64,000 bases of DNA from Tubiluchus corallicola (GCA_030141605.1 JAQGDQ010000048.1:186001-250000), one strand, 5' to 3'; positions 1 through 13,340 are shown, counted from the stretch's first letter. Translations and numbers: made by a program. Notes: generated by a model from the sequence alone, not told the origin.

Positions 1-70
1 TGGTGCGATGAGGTGGAGTGGTATGGTGTGGTGCAGTGTGGTGTGATGGGGTGGAGTGGTGTGGTGTGGG
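1..70. repeat. Degenerate (TGGTG)n pentanucleotide repeat, truncated by the window edge
   Basis: tggtgcgatgaggtggagtggtatggtgtggtgcagtgtggtgtgatgg... visible directly. Confidence 0.8.
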
Positions 71-561
71 TTGTGTGTTGATTTGTGCACAAAATTCTTT
101 TTGTGGGGTTTGGCTAGTAATAATAGTAATAATAATAATAATAATCTCTCTCTCGCTCTGGAATGACAGTATCAAGACATTCCAAATTATTTCAAACCTA
201 AAACAATCATAAAATAATTATCGCTTAGTACGTAGATCTATGAAATTCACACTCGTTTCCGTAGTGATTCGCAGTTCCCACGCAAATACTCACTTAATTA
301 CTCTGTGGATGCACACATTCTAGATTCTGAGGCTATATTGTAATGATAACTACTATAAATCTATAACGCAATAATGAAAATGCACCTGCTTAAGACAACA
401 TAAAGAGCGCCGCACGTATGATGTTAATTAATGCTAGTTACCCGTTGACCATGTTAACAAGCGTTGCGTTGCATCAAAGAATTATATTATAACAATGTCA
501 ATACTCTTTCGATATTGGTAAGTTTGTTGATACAATTTGCAGTCTCTCTATTGAACAGGAA

Positions 562-770
562 GTAGGGGTGTTCGAAGATTGCGGTGGAATAGGGTTCGGG
601 TCGGGTTCGGGATCGAATAGGGATCAGTAGTCGGGATCGAGGTGCGAAACGCTGAATGAATTCAATTTCGTAATATTTCGGGTTTCGGGATGAAGCGCTC
701 AGTATCGAGGCTTGAGACAGGACTGAATGTTCGGAAACTGAGTTCGGGGTTTGACGAAAGTTCGAGGTGT
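562..770. mobile_element. Probable hAT-type MITE end with subterminal TTCGGG/TCGA repeats
   Basis: Starts taggggtgttcgaa, similar to the taggggtg terminus of the complete MITE at 40998. Followed by many ttcggg/gatcga motifs. No matching right end found. Confidence 0.4.
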
Positions 771-848
771 ATGTGTACCTGATAATATGACTATCGTTTA
801 TTGATGGTAAATTAAATTAGTGCTGACGGTTTAAATTAAATTAAATTA

Positions 849-1082
849 GACCAAATGGTTTAGTCTATTGGTAACGCATCCGCTTTCCGTCTTGCAGGTC
901 GTGAGTTCGATAGAGCTGCCGATTCATACCAAAGACTTTAAAAATGGTACCTGCTGTTGCTTTGCCTGGCGCGTGGTATTTAGGGTAAAAGTGGAATAAT
1001 AATAGTCTCTGTTATATAGTTGTAGGTTTACTATTTACAGTCGGCGAAATTTGTTAACCCAAAATCCGACTTTAAATAACGA
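849..1082 (+). mobile_element. tRNA-derived SINE with a Meta-type central domain
   Basis: A-box-like tggtttagtctattggt (~856-872) and B-box gagttcgat (903-911), then tcataccaaagactttaaaaatggtacctgctgttgctttgcctggcgc (924-972), which matches my recollection of the MetaSINE core. Runs into a (TTA)n tail. Confidence 0.75.
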
Positions 1083-1329
<247 letters not shown>

Positions 1330-3539
1330 CGGTAAATAAATTTCTGAAATACCAATTTTGTAGACACTCATTATTGATTAATCAGCAATAATTAGTGCAT
1401 GAATGCTCGAGAAAATCGTCATTGGCTTGCCAAAACACCAGGACTGCTATGTTATTACACAGTTTCTAAGCTAAAAAATGAACTTAATGGTCAGTTTCTG
1501 AAAATAAGACTGGGACTTTTCAATTTAATGATCAGCTTAGTTTAATTCTGTCTTTAATGATTTCTTAATTCTTTATCAATAATTCTATAATTATTAAATA
1601 TTTTTTTAATTTAATCATTCTTCTACACGTATTTAATAATTCTTTAATGAAATCAAGACTTATACCATTTAAATGACACCAAATTTGAAATTATTACGAA
1701 GCATTTCTCATTTTTTTTCTGATTTTTATGACTGATTGGTTCCACGTAAATCTGCAAGAAGATAACTTTCTAGACACAGCAAGTCAGAAATGTAAATATA
1801 TTAAATTCCTGCCAATGCACAATATTTAGCTGTATACACAAAATGTCATCATATGCGAAGCCATAGATACTAGAACAAACAAAACTATTTACTGGATAAT
1901 AATTAAAAGCTGAAGCCGTGTGTTTCCAGACAGGAAATTAACTTAGTGTCAATGCTGTAGCAGTATACACATATAAGAAAGAGCCGATTGTGAATGCGCG
2001 TACGATTTTCGCAGTGAAGCTGGCATCGAAGCTTTTTCTTAAAAACACGTTTATTTATAATCAGGTATTTATAAATCGTGCAAAAGGGCTTCGTGAAGAG
2101 GGTTAATTGAAGCACAAATACGTCGCTTAACGTAAAGAAGAAAAATAAAAAAATCAATAAATTACAGCATGGTTCAACGTTAGGCTATAAGCACATATTT
2201 TTAATCTTGCAACTTTTTTGCTCCGGCAAATTGCAAGTTGGGAAAACCCGACTACGTGCGCACAAACAGTTTTTATCTGAGCATTTTGAATGACGGGAAA
2301 CGTGATTTAAGGGACTGAGTGCACTTGTGTTCATGCATTGTTAATTCACAAAACAAAACAAATACTGGTGAAAAACAGGCAGTTTAAGCACCACTTACGC
2401 ATGAGCTTTCTCAATAAACTTATCCCACTATATAATAAATTCGGGGCTGCCAGAAATAAATTTAACAGACAGGTCAACCTCACAAAAAGGACATTTTATT
2501 TGACGGCAACGGTGATTATAGCGATATTATTTTAAATAATAATCATTAGATCTATTTTTATTATTTAGCCGAATTATATTTCACACTGGCTTAGAATATG
2601 GTTTAACCTTGATATTTTAGATAGCTTTTTTTTAGAAAAGGCCACTTTCTGCCCCAGTTCAACCAGCCAGGGAGGGTGGCTGCCTCCACTGCCACTTTAC
2701 TACTGGCGCTCTTGAGTACTGTAAATTGTAGTAAGGGTGTGCGTGTAGTACACTAACAAGCAATGTTATACGTAGTACGACTATTTCGTCGTCTGCTAAT
2801 TATTTGTTGCTCCAAATGATCTTTTTTATTTGTCTTTATCACAATGTAATCCATTTTTGGCACAGAGATTTGATACATCAGTGATTGATAATTCATTGGT
2901 TATCAGTTGCAAGAAAATATGTGATAGGTAATAAAGTCAGTGATTGGTTACTTGTCGGTGATCAGTTACTATTATCAAATCTATTTTTTGTGATGGGATT
3001 AGCATGGGTGACGGTTATGGCGAACAACCACATTTAATGTTGGTGTGCTACTAGACTGCATTTAATGAAAAAACTATTTCCACAAAAAGCCAGCATTAAA
3101 TGGATTTGCGCTCTCATTACAGACAATGCGTATTTCATCTGTTACAAGAGAAATTTCATGCAACGAAACGATAACGCAGCCTCTGTCCAAGAAAAATCTT
3201 ATATGAGATTCATATTCTAGGTAAGTGGAAATGGTGTTAACAGGCCAGCCTTCACGCAAAGTTTTGCAATCTCATTTTAAAGTCGCGAATCAAAATTTGG
3301 CGCTTTTTTCAATTGTCAATTACTCTATCGATTTTTTTTGTAGAATTCAGCACTCAAAAATGAATAAAGGATCCAGCGCTCAAGAGCCTTTTCAATGTAT
3401 ATGATTGTGAATACTTTAAGTCGTTTAGCAGTGAACAACGAACTACATTTGCTTTAATCATGTCTCATGGTTGTGAACTTCTTAATTTAATCCAATATAG
3501 CTCTACAATATCAAGCGAAAGGATAGAAAAAATGAAGGT

Positions 3540-4670
3540 CTGATAAACAATGAAAATTGTGAAAATTAGTAAAACTTATATTTTTATATTAGGCGGTCAC
3601 AAAATTACTAAAAATGCATTCATATTACGCAGCGATAACCTACAAATTGTCCAAAACGATACCTATTTAGGAATAACCTTTAATGCCAATGGCTCCTTTA
3701 ATACAGCTAAACAAGAGCTGCATAATAAGTCCGCCAAAGTTTTTTTCAAACTTAGACAAAATGCATGGGTACAAATACAGAAATAAATGCAGTAACGAAA
3801 TTATTTGCCACTCTGATCAAACTAGTTGCACTGTACTCGTGCGAGATTTTGGCATCCTTTCCTTTTACAACAAAACAGTGCAGAAGGATCATGTAATATG
3901 TATCGAAAATATATATGATTCTTTGCTAGCAGAACTTCTAAACGTAGAATTATGCAAATTTATGCTGGGCGTCGGAAAAGCTTTGGAAAAGCGCCGTACG
4001 ATGTGAACTTGGTATATACCCACTATGCATACCCACATCATTATCGAAAGTGTAGAATATTAGATTAGCCAATTAAACATGCCAGAAAATTCTATGATCT
4101 CACTTTGAAAATATGATACTTGTGAACAACGATATGGACTGTTGGTTACTCTTTGTTAAAGATATATTAACCCATATACAGGTTTTATAAACATTTGGGA
4201 ATGTCAGAACGTATCAGATACCACTCAGTTTGTTAAATCAGTTTGTTAAATATTTAAAACTTAAAACTTTTATCAAACTCTTAGTCTTACTGGAAAAATA
4301 ATATATCCAAAAAAGGGAAGAGTGGAAAAATAATAAATTAAGAATGTACTCAAAGTTCAAATCCCCTTATCAATGTGAAAAATACTTAAAAATAAATAAA
4401 AATCCCGTCCATAGATCTAACTTCACTAAAGTGCATATAAGTGCTCATAATTTTTTCATTGAAAAAGGACGCCACCAATGCCAGAAAATTCCTGTTGAGC
4501 AACGAATATGCCAGGTTTGGAATACTCAAGAAATTGAAACCATCTACTATTTCGTACTACGTTGTAACAAATATAATTATATTAGAGAGACTTTGCTTAG
4601 GGAAATTTGTATTTTGTGTCCCACTTTTATGTCACTTACTGATGAGGATAAATTCAAAGTCAGCATGATC
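3540..4670 (+). mobile_element. Decayed non-LTR retrotransposon 3' part (RT C-terminus plus zinc-knuckle region; RTEX/L2-like)
   Basis: Frameshifted pieces YLGITFNANGSF, ELCKFMLGVGK, and ISAHNFFIEKGRH...RICQVWN...IETIYYFVLRCNKYNYIR, typical of the LINE ORF2 C-terminus. Confidence 0.85.
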
Positions 4671-5519
4671 ACGCCTTCTTGGCCAAAATTTAACTTGTTT
4701 GTTTTTTACATACTCAAATTTGTCATACTCAAATGTATGACATTTCACACAGGCATAAATCATTAGTTGTCGTTAAGCGGACACCGAAGCAAGCTTTTAT
4801 GCAATTCATGTGCAAAGTGTTAACGCTCCTTAGGTTGTCTTTTAACTAGGATTCACATCCGTAGTGATGCAAAACCATAGCGCTGCCTGTAAAACGCTTC
4901 TCTTCATAACGATTGAAGCATCCTGAAATCTGCTGTAAAAGCTCGAAATTAAAGTAAATCTGTTAACCGAATTTTAGCATGTTGAGTTAATACATGTCTA
5001 AATTTGTATCCTCTATAAATGGCTAACCAAGACAAACGTAGATGATACAATGGATATATTAATAGAGCCACTACTCACTTTTATTGAATTTCTGTCATGA
5101 GTTGTGCCATTTACCAAATAAATTTGGTTTTAATTTGATTAATAATCATGCCGTACTCCTCGCAAAATAGTAGTAGTACTATTTACTGACCTTAAAATTA
5201 ATATTTACAACCTTTGACGGGGATAGCAAAATTGAAACATTTCATAGTCAAACATTTTCTCATTTTCAGAAAAAAGCAACATTATAGAAAGGTTAAAACA
5301 AATTTTCATTTTGTGTCAGTGAAAAAAGATAAGAATATATGATAATGATTGAGCTGAAACTAGAAGATGATTCAACAATGTAGATAGAGACAATGTAAAT
5401 GAGCTTACAGAATTTTACAATTACAAATTATAACAATTCATTATGGTACTTGCAAAAATTGGTGTGTTTTTTATTCATAAACTTTTAAAATGTTGAAGCA
5501 GATCTCCAATACAAAATTG

Positions 5520-5890
5520 GAATTCATGATTGACGTTAAGGATGTAAAGTCTATATTGCTGAACTGCAGTACTCGTGCCTTTGTAGCAACTTCTCCTTGT
5601 TAGCACTGAATCATCATCAGTAATAAGGAGTGCCTACTACTAAGAAAATAATCTGTGCTAGTGCTCTTCAGCAACCTGATTAGGGGTTTACTGAAGAGAA
5701 CAAATAACAAGCAGCTGGTTAGTGCACCTTGACGCACACCAATATTTGGCTCTTGTTCGATTCAAATCAGTGCTTTAGTCGTTGCGTATATGACTCGGAT
5801 GGCTTCTAGCATTCTTCTTCCGAAACCCAGCGACATAAGTTCTTGCGGTAGTTTAGATCTTGGTACGCGATCGTAAGCTACGTTGAAGTC
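5520..5890 (-). mobile_element. Decayed LINE reverse-transcriptase fragment
   Basis: Minus-strand translation DFNVAYDRVPRSKL...NIGVRQGALTSCLLFVLF..., with a frameshifted (L/M)DD region, matching RT core motifs. Confidence 0.85.
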
Positions 5891-5894
5891 ATTA

Positions 5895-6189
5895 TCACTT
5901 ACATTATCACATTATCATTACAGCATTAAAGACATAACATAATCGGTTAGAAATTTTGTTTTTACTTTATGCTTTGCTGTGGTGTTACAATATGCGTTAA
6001 ACTTCAGGTTGTTTATTATATTGTGCGTTTTTGGAGTCTTACATTTTGAGTTAATTTTTTGATTATATTGTTAGTTAATTTTATTACATTATCGGTTATT
6101 TAATACATTATGCGTTCATTTTTAATACATTGTGCGTTAATTTTTTGGTATTACATTATCGGGCGTTTATTACATTATCAGTTATAACA
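5895..6189. repeat. Array of degenerate ~20-23 bp subrepeats (attacattatcgg/atacattatgcg), likely the end of a non-autonomous DNA transposon
   Basis: acattatc/acattatg motif recurs many times and ends ...acattatcagttataaca. Confidence 0.65.
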
Positions 6190-8729
6190 AGCTTAATTAA
6201 TAATGCTTGATACAGCGGTGTAGTGTTGTGGGAATACATGGAATGGCGCGTTTCTTGCACTGTTTGGAAGGGGGGATAGCGCTTCTTCACTGTTTCAAGT
6301 TAATTTTACCGACATTTCAGATATAGTCTGTCCATGCGTAGGCCTATAAAAAATTTTTTAGTAGAAATGTGTTTGAATACAATAGTTACATACTCATTAA
6401 GTGCAGCATTACGTCAAAATTATGAAAACGAGTCATAATTTGCAAATTCGTGTGATTCGACTATTATATTTTAGTAACTGCATACTTGGAACTATAAGCA
6501 GTTGCTATTATTTATTCGTTTATAAAATATACAATTTTATAAAGACAGGAAGGCAGCTGGGTTAAAGCACCTTGTTGATCCTTTTTCGAGTGCAACAGTT
6601 ATTTGAAAGCGAAATTAAAAAACTAACAAGTACGAGATTCCCTTTTGAATTGTAAGTTGCCGTATCGCCATGCTGTATTCAGTATTTTTTACATAAACGA
6701 CTTTACTTTGATGTGTTTTAAAAAGTAGGTAAACCTAAATTGCACTTCTTGTACTTCTGTGCAAGTATTAACGTTTAGGTTTGGCTGCTATACTTCGGCA
6801 AAATTTAGGCGTAATTCTTCTGCTTCTGTGAACGTTTAGGTTTCACTGTTACACGTTGTAGACCAATTTACTCTTTCTCGTGTAACATAATTTATTGATG
6901 TGTTTGCAAATTAAGGGTTGCAAATTGATTTACTTTTTTTCGCAACAGCAACAGCAAATAGATACACCTTAAACATAAATGAATCCAATAATAACTACTC
7001 AACCTTTACTAACTACTTCTATATCAGATGCAACCGACCTGCAGTCACTTACCTAAGACAAAATCAGAATCCAAATTGTAGATCGGTTTGTCTGCCTCTT
7101 GGACGGCATCGCTCATTGAAATGGTCAACAACAAAAACAACAAAATCGGGTTCAACAGCAATCTACCTTTCTTTGAAGCCATTTTCGCAAATATTTTGGC
7201 TACCTTTCAAAATGTTGTCATTGACTTCAGTTTCTCCGTCTTTATTAGAAACTTTTGATCAAGCCATCGTATCGTCGATTAGTAAACACTTTTGTTTATT
7301 ACAACAATAATTTATACTAATTAACCACTACGCACGACTTTGCTTGACTGGCGTACACAAGACTTCTATTGAATATCGAACTCTCGTCTTTATTTGTTGC
7401 CGCAAATGAGCAGTGTGTGTTTGCTGTTCTTTTGCTCAATAATAATGACGGAGTTAGCATGTTTGTTCAACCTGCCAGGAAAGTTCTGATTCCGTTGATA
7501 TTCGAAAGTGATTAGTTCCTTAGCGTAACGATGCAAGAAGATTCATGGAACGTTAGTGACGTGTTCTGCTCTCAGCATCCAACCACGCAGCTTTGTCTTT
7601 ACTGCAGCTGGCTAAGAATAAAACGATGCGCGCAGGTGCACTTATTCCGCGAAACTGTAAACATGACAACGAGAAAATAGTTCTAATCAAGCAAAAAGGC
7701 TTCTACGATTCGACTGTAATAAGACATTAGTGTAAAATCAAAGCTTTGTGAAATCGCATTTTGCAGCATCAGTGTAATATTCATGCAACGAAAGCCCCAG
7801 CGGTTACTATAGTTACATACGATTTTTTTTCTATTTGCCTTGTATGACGTACATACTCGTTAATTACTTACTTACTGATTAGAATATTTGTTACTTGACA
7901 TTCAAAAATTAACATTTTTGTTGATTACTTATAGACTTATTCACCAGATTGACGTCTTATAATTTGTATTTTCTTCATTTACTTGCAAATTTATTTAATT
8001 ATTTCATATTTATTTCATTTATTTCATTATTATTTCATATAAAATTTGATGGTTTTTATTTTCTTGATTGTCATTATCAGGGTGAAATTGGCAGAAACAT
8101 AAAATTACATATTCCTATTCATATTCTTGAGTTGCAGAATTCGATTTGTCGTTACTAGTCTGATCTGCCTTTTGTTACTCGGGTAATTGTCACTGACTTG
8201 CGTAAAAAACAGAAAAGTAAAAATGAAAAAAAGAGATGGTAAGAATACACTAAATTAGATGAACTTTTATTTACGGTTAAAACTTAAATAGTTTGTTCTC
8301 ACTCATAATGTGATGCTACCCAATTAATTATCATCTGTCTTAAGTGCAATAATTTCCGTTTGCCAGATCATATTTAGTCTTTGTATTCGTGTTTTATTTT
8401 TACACGAACGAAATGTAGAATCTACAGCAACACTAAAGTAAATTAAAATCATTCCTTTCTGCATACACTAAGTGAATTTCGATAAGTAACCTTTAGATAA
8501 TGCATAAAATAAATAAAAACAAAACCTTTTTAGTCTGATAGTTTTAAACAACAATTTATTAATCAGCAAATTATCGACCGCACCTCCCCCCCCCCCCATT
8601 ATTATGCGCCCCACTAAGCGTAGTCTTTTGTCGACCTTACCTTAGAACAGTTTGAAGTGTCACGTTCTGGTTTAGGCATTTTTGTGATGATTCGATCCAT
8701 TACGAAGCCATTGCATATCAGCACTGCAT

Positions 8730-10412
8730 AGCAGCTATAAGTAGCTGGTACGGAATGGCCTCGTTGGTTCTGTCGGCAGACGGACGGGTGCGTCTACCAC
8801 TTAAGCACCTGTTCCGTAGTCATGATCAGCATGAGGAAAGGCAGGAAAAGTTTCTGGCTAGAGTTTACCTTAATTTTTTTTGTTTGAATTTTTATATTTC
8901 TTTTCTATTTTCTCATCTACAATATTTGTCTGATCTGACTTGCCACCTCCGCAACAGTGTTATTAAGCATCTCAAATCCTGCATTCGTGTCGTTTTCGTA
9001 ATTTTACGAACTAGTAGATGTAAGTTTTTTGCACAACTAATATTTGACATAATATTAGTTCCTAACTTGACTACTATGTTACGGGCAGGCTTTGCTGTTC
9101 CATTCGTTTGTTACGTTGCTATTTTACTGATTATTTGTACATGTAAGCCATAGTTACAAAGTTTATTGCTGCTATTATCAGGTGATGATGACGAGGGTGA
9201 TGAACCCTGTCCCACATATTATTTGTACATATCAATGTCTTAAGTATATTAGTTAACGATTCTTACTTATTCGTTCTAGATTAAATAATCCCGAAAGTTG
9301 CCCAATTAATTTAATTAAAAATAAAGACTGTGATAAAATTATCTTTGCGGTATATTACCATTCACCAAATCAATCGGCTATTTTTATTGTTTACTTTATA
9401 AAAGCATGAAATTCTAATCTTGATAAAGCGTTCAAAATGTCACATGCGAATGGTTCGCAGCTGATGAGAATAATAATTACGGAACTGCAGGGCATGATGT
9501 ACTTCTAAATCATAATTTATTTCCGTTAACTGACATACCAACTCATTTTTACGGTTTTGAAAGACACTCTTGCATTGATTTAATTATTACAGACTCATCC
9601 AACTACTCATTGAAATCTTTAATAAGGTCCATTGGCATACTTGTCCAATGTATACTGATATCATTGATGAAATTTATGATGTATGGTCTAGTTCAGTTCC
9701 AAATAATATCAAAGAGATGATACTGAATTTGCTAAGGTTACTGAGGTGACAGCAGTTCCTAATAATAAACCGTGTTATAGTAAACGCCTTTTTCTTCAAA
9801 GATAAAAATCAATAGATTATACAAGAACCCATATAACCCATATAAGAAATTCTACTGATTGGGCTAATTGTAAAAGATCGCGAAATTCTTATACGCTAGC
9901 TTGTAGAAATGCCAAAGAGAAATTGTGAGAATCTGATTTATGCGTCACTGTGCCATCCAAATACGTCCAGTAAAGGAATGCTTGAAAATTACTAAATAGT
10001 TATTAGGTAAGAAAGGAATAAATCATATGCCCCCACCCCCCGATTGAAAATGATGCAGTTTATTGTGACAACGCTGATAAGGCTGCTAAATAACCATTTT
10101 TCTTTAACAATTACCACTGATACTTCCAATTTGGCAGTGCCTCACTATGTACATAATGACACTCTGCCTATATTAAGTCATATTTCTTGTTTACCTGAAG
10201 AAATAACAACTATAATTAACGGTCCAGATTCTAATAAAGCGTGTGGGTATAATGGGATTACAGCCAGGATGCTGAAACTGATCTCTTCATTTATAACAGA
10301 CACTCTTTGTTTCATTGTATGTAAATCGTTTGACTTAGGAGAATTTCCGTCAGTATTAAAACAAGGTAACATAACGCCAACACACAAATATGGCATCAAG
10401 AATGTTATTTGA
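8730..10412 (+). mobile_element. Decayed CR1/L2-clade LINE, 5' half (structured leader, hydrophobic leader plus 2A-like motif, APE remnants, start of RT)
   Basis: LLLLLSGD..(N)P(G)P at 9163-9213; SCIDLIITDS APE-like piece near 9570-9600; DSNKACGYNGITARMLK...SFDLGEFPSVLKQGNITPTHKYG (10226-10393) is a CR1-type pre-RT region. Confidence 0.85.
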
Positions 10413-11404
10413 AAATAACCCACAAAGGCACATTAGTAATAGGAAGAGCACTAATGGCAGCAGCAGGCAGGCAGCTGCAACAACAGTCCTTCTCCCCAAC
10501 CTTGCCTGCCTTTTTTTGACGGATTTACTTTTTATTTGCCATAACGTTTTATTTTGTTATAACTTTTGATTAATTATTTTTTGTTGCTTGCCTATTTCAC
10601 GTAGATTGCATTTTGGCTTGGTGTTTTTATCATCCATTTTTTATTTCTGTCTTTTTGGGTATTTTCCAAATACCAATGATTACCCGCTGAATTTAACAGG
10701 AAAATGTATACACCGGGTTTATTCGAATAGACCTCCAGTAGGCCTACATTCCCTTTCCAGTTTGACGAATGTCGTAAGACTATGTGTCCGCAAAGGGACG
10801 GGTCATTCTTGATTCGGAACAAACAGGCAGGCAGGAACCCCGGAACAAACTGGTTTTTGTTGATAAGAGGTCGCAAATTTAAATGGAAAATTTTCAGCTA
10901 TAATATACGATTTGGTAATTCTACTCTGAGTAAACTGTCTCTAATGGAAAATTTGGGTCCAACAGAATGCCAACGTGCTAAGTTTTGTTTGTTATCTAAT
11001 CTTAAACACACACGATTGAATAGTTTCTTAAATAAATAGGAAAATGATACATGTTTGGTGCAACGGAACGATCTTTCTTCAAGGTCTGACAGAGAAATTA
11101 CTAGACCATTATACCTCCGCACGCAGTCTCAGTTTAGGCCTACTTTTGCTAACCTGGCTAAACGATTCGTGATAACGACTATGATTCGTCGGCAAAGTCT
11201 CACGTAGTTACTGCAAGAAAAGTAGGCCTAAATGCCACTTTGCATCAAGGGCAGATCTGAGTTTAGAAGTCGAGCTTCTACTGAGTCTGGGAGGAGATCT
11301 TTAGTGCAGCTTTTGTCAGGTCTGACCTGTGCTTTTTCCCTGCTAAGTTATTTCGGTGGCGCGAACTGACAAGGCTTTTAAACGGCGATTTTCTTTTCTA
11401 AATA

Positions 11405-13340
11405 ACATAGATAAGATTTTATTTTTTAGTTGCTTACATTGAAAATTGTTACAGACTACTATTGCCACAATGTTCCAAACCTTAGTATTAAGAAGTGGTA
11501 AATTAAACTAGGTATAGTTGCACATAATTACATAGCTAAAAACTATTAAATTAACTCACAAATATATTAGGGAGATTAAAATAATAGACTCGGGTCTATA
11601 AGTATGACCTAACTATAATATTCTATAATACGTAATATTTAAAATTATGATTAGCAAATAAAATAAATTAAGAAGTTATGACTGATCAAAATCATAAAAG
11701 GCAGTAGAAAATTAAGAGAAAAACAAATCAAAATCATAAAATATAATGTATATACTACAGGAAAATACTGATCAAAATCGAAAGTAAAAAACGTCTAGTA
11801 TAATTTATGACATTCATCTCTAGTAAAACGTTCGCTCATTTAGTCAGTTTTGTTTTTAAACCTTCACATAATCAAGGCCGCCTTTAGATAGCTCGACGCC
11901 CTAGGCAAACGCATTCTTAGTGCCCGTTCCTCAAACGTCAAACCTTCCTACACGGTCCCCATTCACCTCACCCACTAAATTGGATTTTTGCTGTTATGAT
12001 AGAAAGTATAATGATAACTGCACGTTAAGCATATACAGGTATTATAGAATACTAATTAACTGCATTTAATTATCTATCTAATGTTGATTTCATTTGAAAC
12101 TGAATGTGAGCGCACTTATCCGATCTTCACGAGCAATCGTTTTTTCTGCAATTTCTGCCGCACATGTACATACTGCTGTAAAGATTTTCACTCAGCATTT
12201 TCATCAGCACATCTTTGAAACACTAAATTCTCTTTTATATCCATTTCACGAGTTTCGTCGTCTTCATAGCCATAACTATGGCCTAGTTGCTAATACTTCA
12301 TGGGCGAATCATTTTGCTGTTTAATGACAGCCAGCTTTTTACCTTCCGTTCACATCCCCTGTATTACTCTCCTGAAGACTTCCATTTTTATAGGTTTATC
12401 TGCCATAATTAGGTAAATACCAAGAGACATTCTTTTATTAAACGAAAGAGTCGTTTACTTCTGTACTGCTTTTATGCACACAAAATAAACTGGGGGCAAA
12501 TGTAGTGAAACCCTTCAGTAATATCAGCATCTAGTGAAATAATCTTAGCAAGCCAGACAAAGCAAAAGTAGAAAGTGTTTTGATGAAGGAATAGAGCTTG
12601 GTGTTAGAGTGAACGAATCACATATTTTGACACAAGTTGTTTCTTTTATTAATGTGTTGTGAACTTGAGCAATTTCACACTGTTATTGCTTATATTAAAG
12701 CTAAAGTTAAAGACTAAACAATAGTTCCAGAATTTGTAGCACCCCAAAATTTGGCACCCTAAGCAATTGTCTAGTTTGCCTAGTGGTAGAGCCGGCCCTG
12801 CAAATAATACCCTAAATTTCAAGGAATTGTCCAACACGCCCGAGTATTCTAAGGTTACCTTTCTATAATTTGTTCTCGCTTTGTTTCGTAAAATTGTCCA
12901 CCAGAAGCTTGTTTAGTGTTACTAAACTACATATTTCCTTTTCATTTTTCTTTGAATTTTCTCTGGTACTATTACTATTTGGTGTATCATGTATTGTTTT
13001 TCTATAGTCAACATATTCTCCAATCGGAATAATTTTGCCACCTCAAGACGATTTTCTTAGCTTATACCATCTATATGCTGCTCTAAGATAACACCAGCTG
13101 CTTTGTTGGCGTGTAATATTTATACTGTCTTATTTGTTTCGGGAATTGCCCCATATGTTGACTACAGAGAAGAAGAACTCTTGGGACTCACCTAACGAGT
13201 TATAATAGATTAGTAGGTATTTAGATACCCTGTTATTCACTAAGCGTGCAGATTACATTCACACAAAATCAATAGTTCATTAAATGCGAACAGACTTTGT
13301 TTTTATAGATAACTAGACCTAGTTTTATGTCTAGGCATAG
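11405..13340 (-). mobile_element. Decayed L2/Crack-like LINE 3' fragment, interrupted by a hAT element
   Basis: Minus translation LLIYYNSL...VNIWGNS near 13145-13220; the minus strand ends aataaaatcttatctatg, a tail like that of the LINE at 17100-18245. Confidence 0.6.
11873..12800. mobile_element. Non-autonomous hAT element, 928 bp
   Basis: Imperfect TIRs caaggccgccttta / tagagccggccctg; 8-bp TSD cacataat / caaataat (1 mismatch). Confidence 0.85.

Larger units (their letters stand above)
4730..7182 (-). pseudogene. Candidate secreted Cys-rich (WSC/PAN-like) protein gene, possibly disabled
   Basis: Exon 7182-7053 encodes MASKKGRLLLNPILLFLLLTISMSDAVQEADKPIYNLDSDFVL+G with a G|GTAAGT phase-1 donor. 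A ttcag acceptor at 4922 continues in frame: GCFNRYEEKRFTGSAMVLHHYGCES*LKDNLRSVNTLHMNCIKACFGVRLTTTNDLCLCE, with one in-frame TAG. Confidence 0.4.

Noticed and set aside
849-920. Possible tRNA gene
   Set aside because: A/B boxes are present, but there is no complete cloverleaf and it continues into a SINE body.
4846-4848. TAG reassignment or readthrough to explain the in-frame TAGs here and at 3218-3220
   Set aside because: The ~1250 codons of the three confident genes contain no internal TAG; decay or chance is simpler.
6918-7310. Plus-strand 130-aa ORF
   Set aside because: No recognisable protein; better explained as the antisense shadow of the minus-strand signal-peptide exon.
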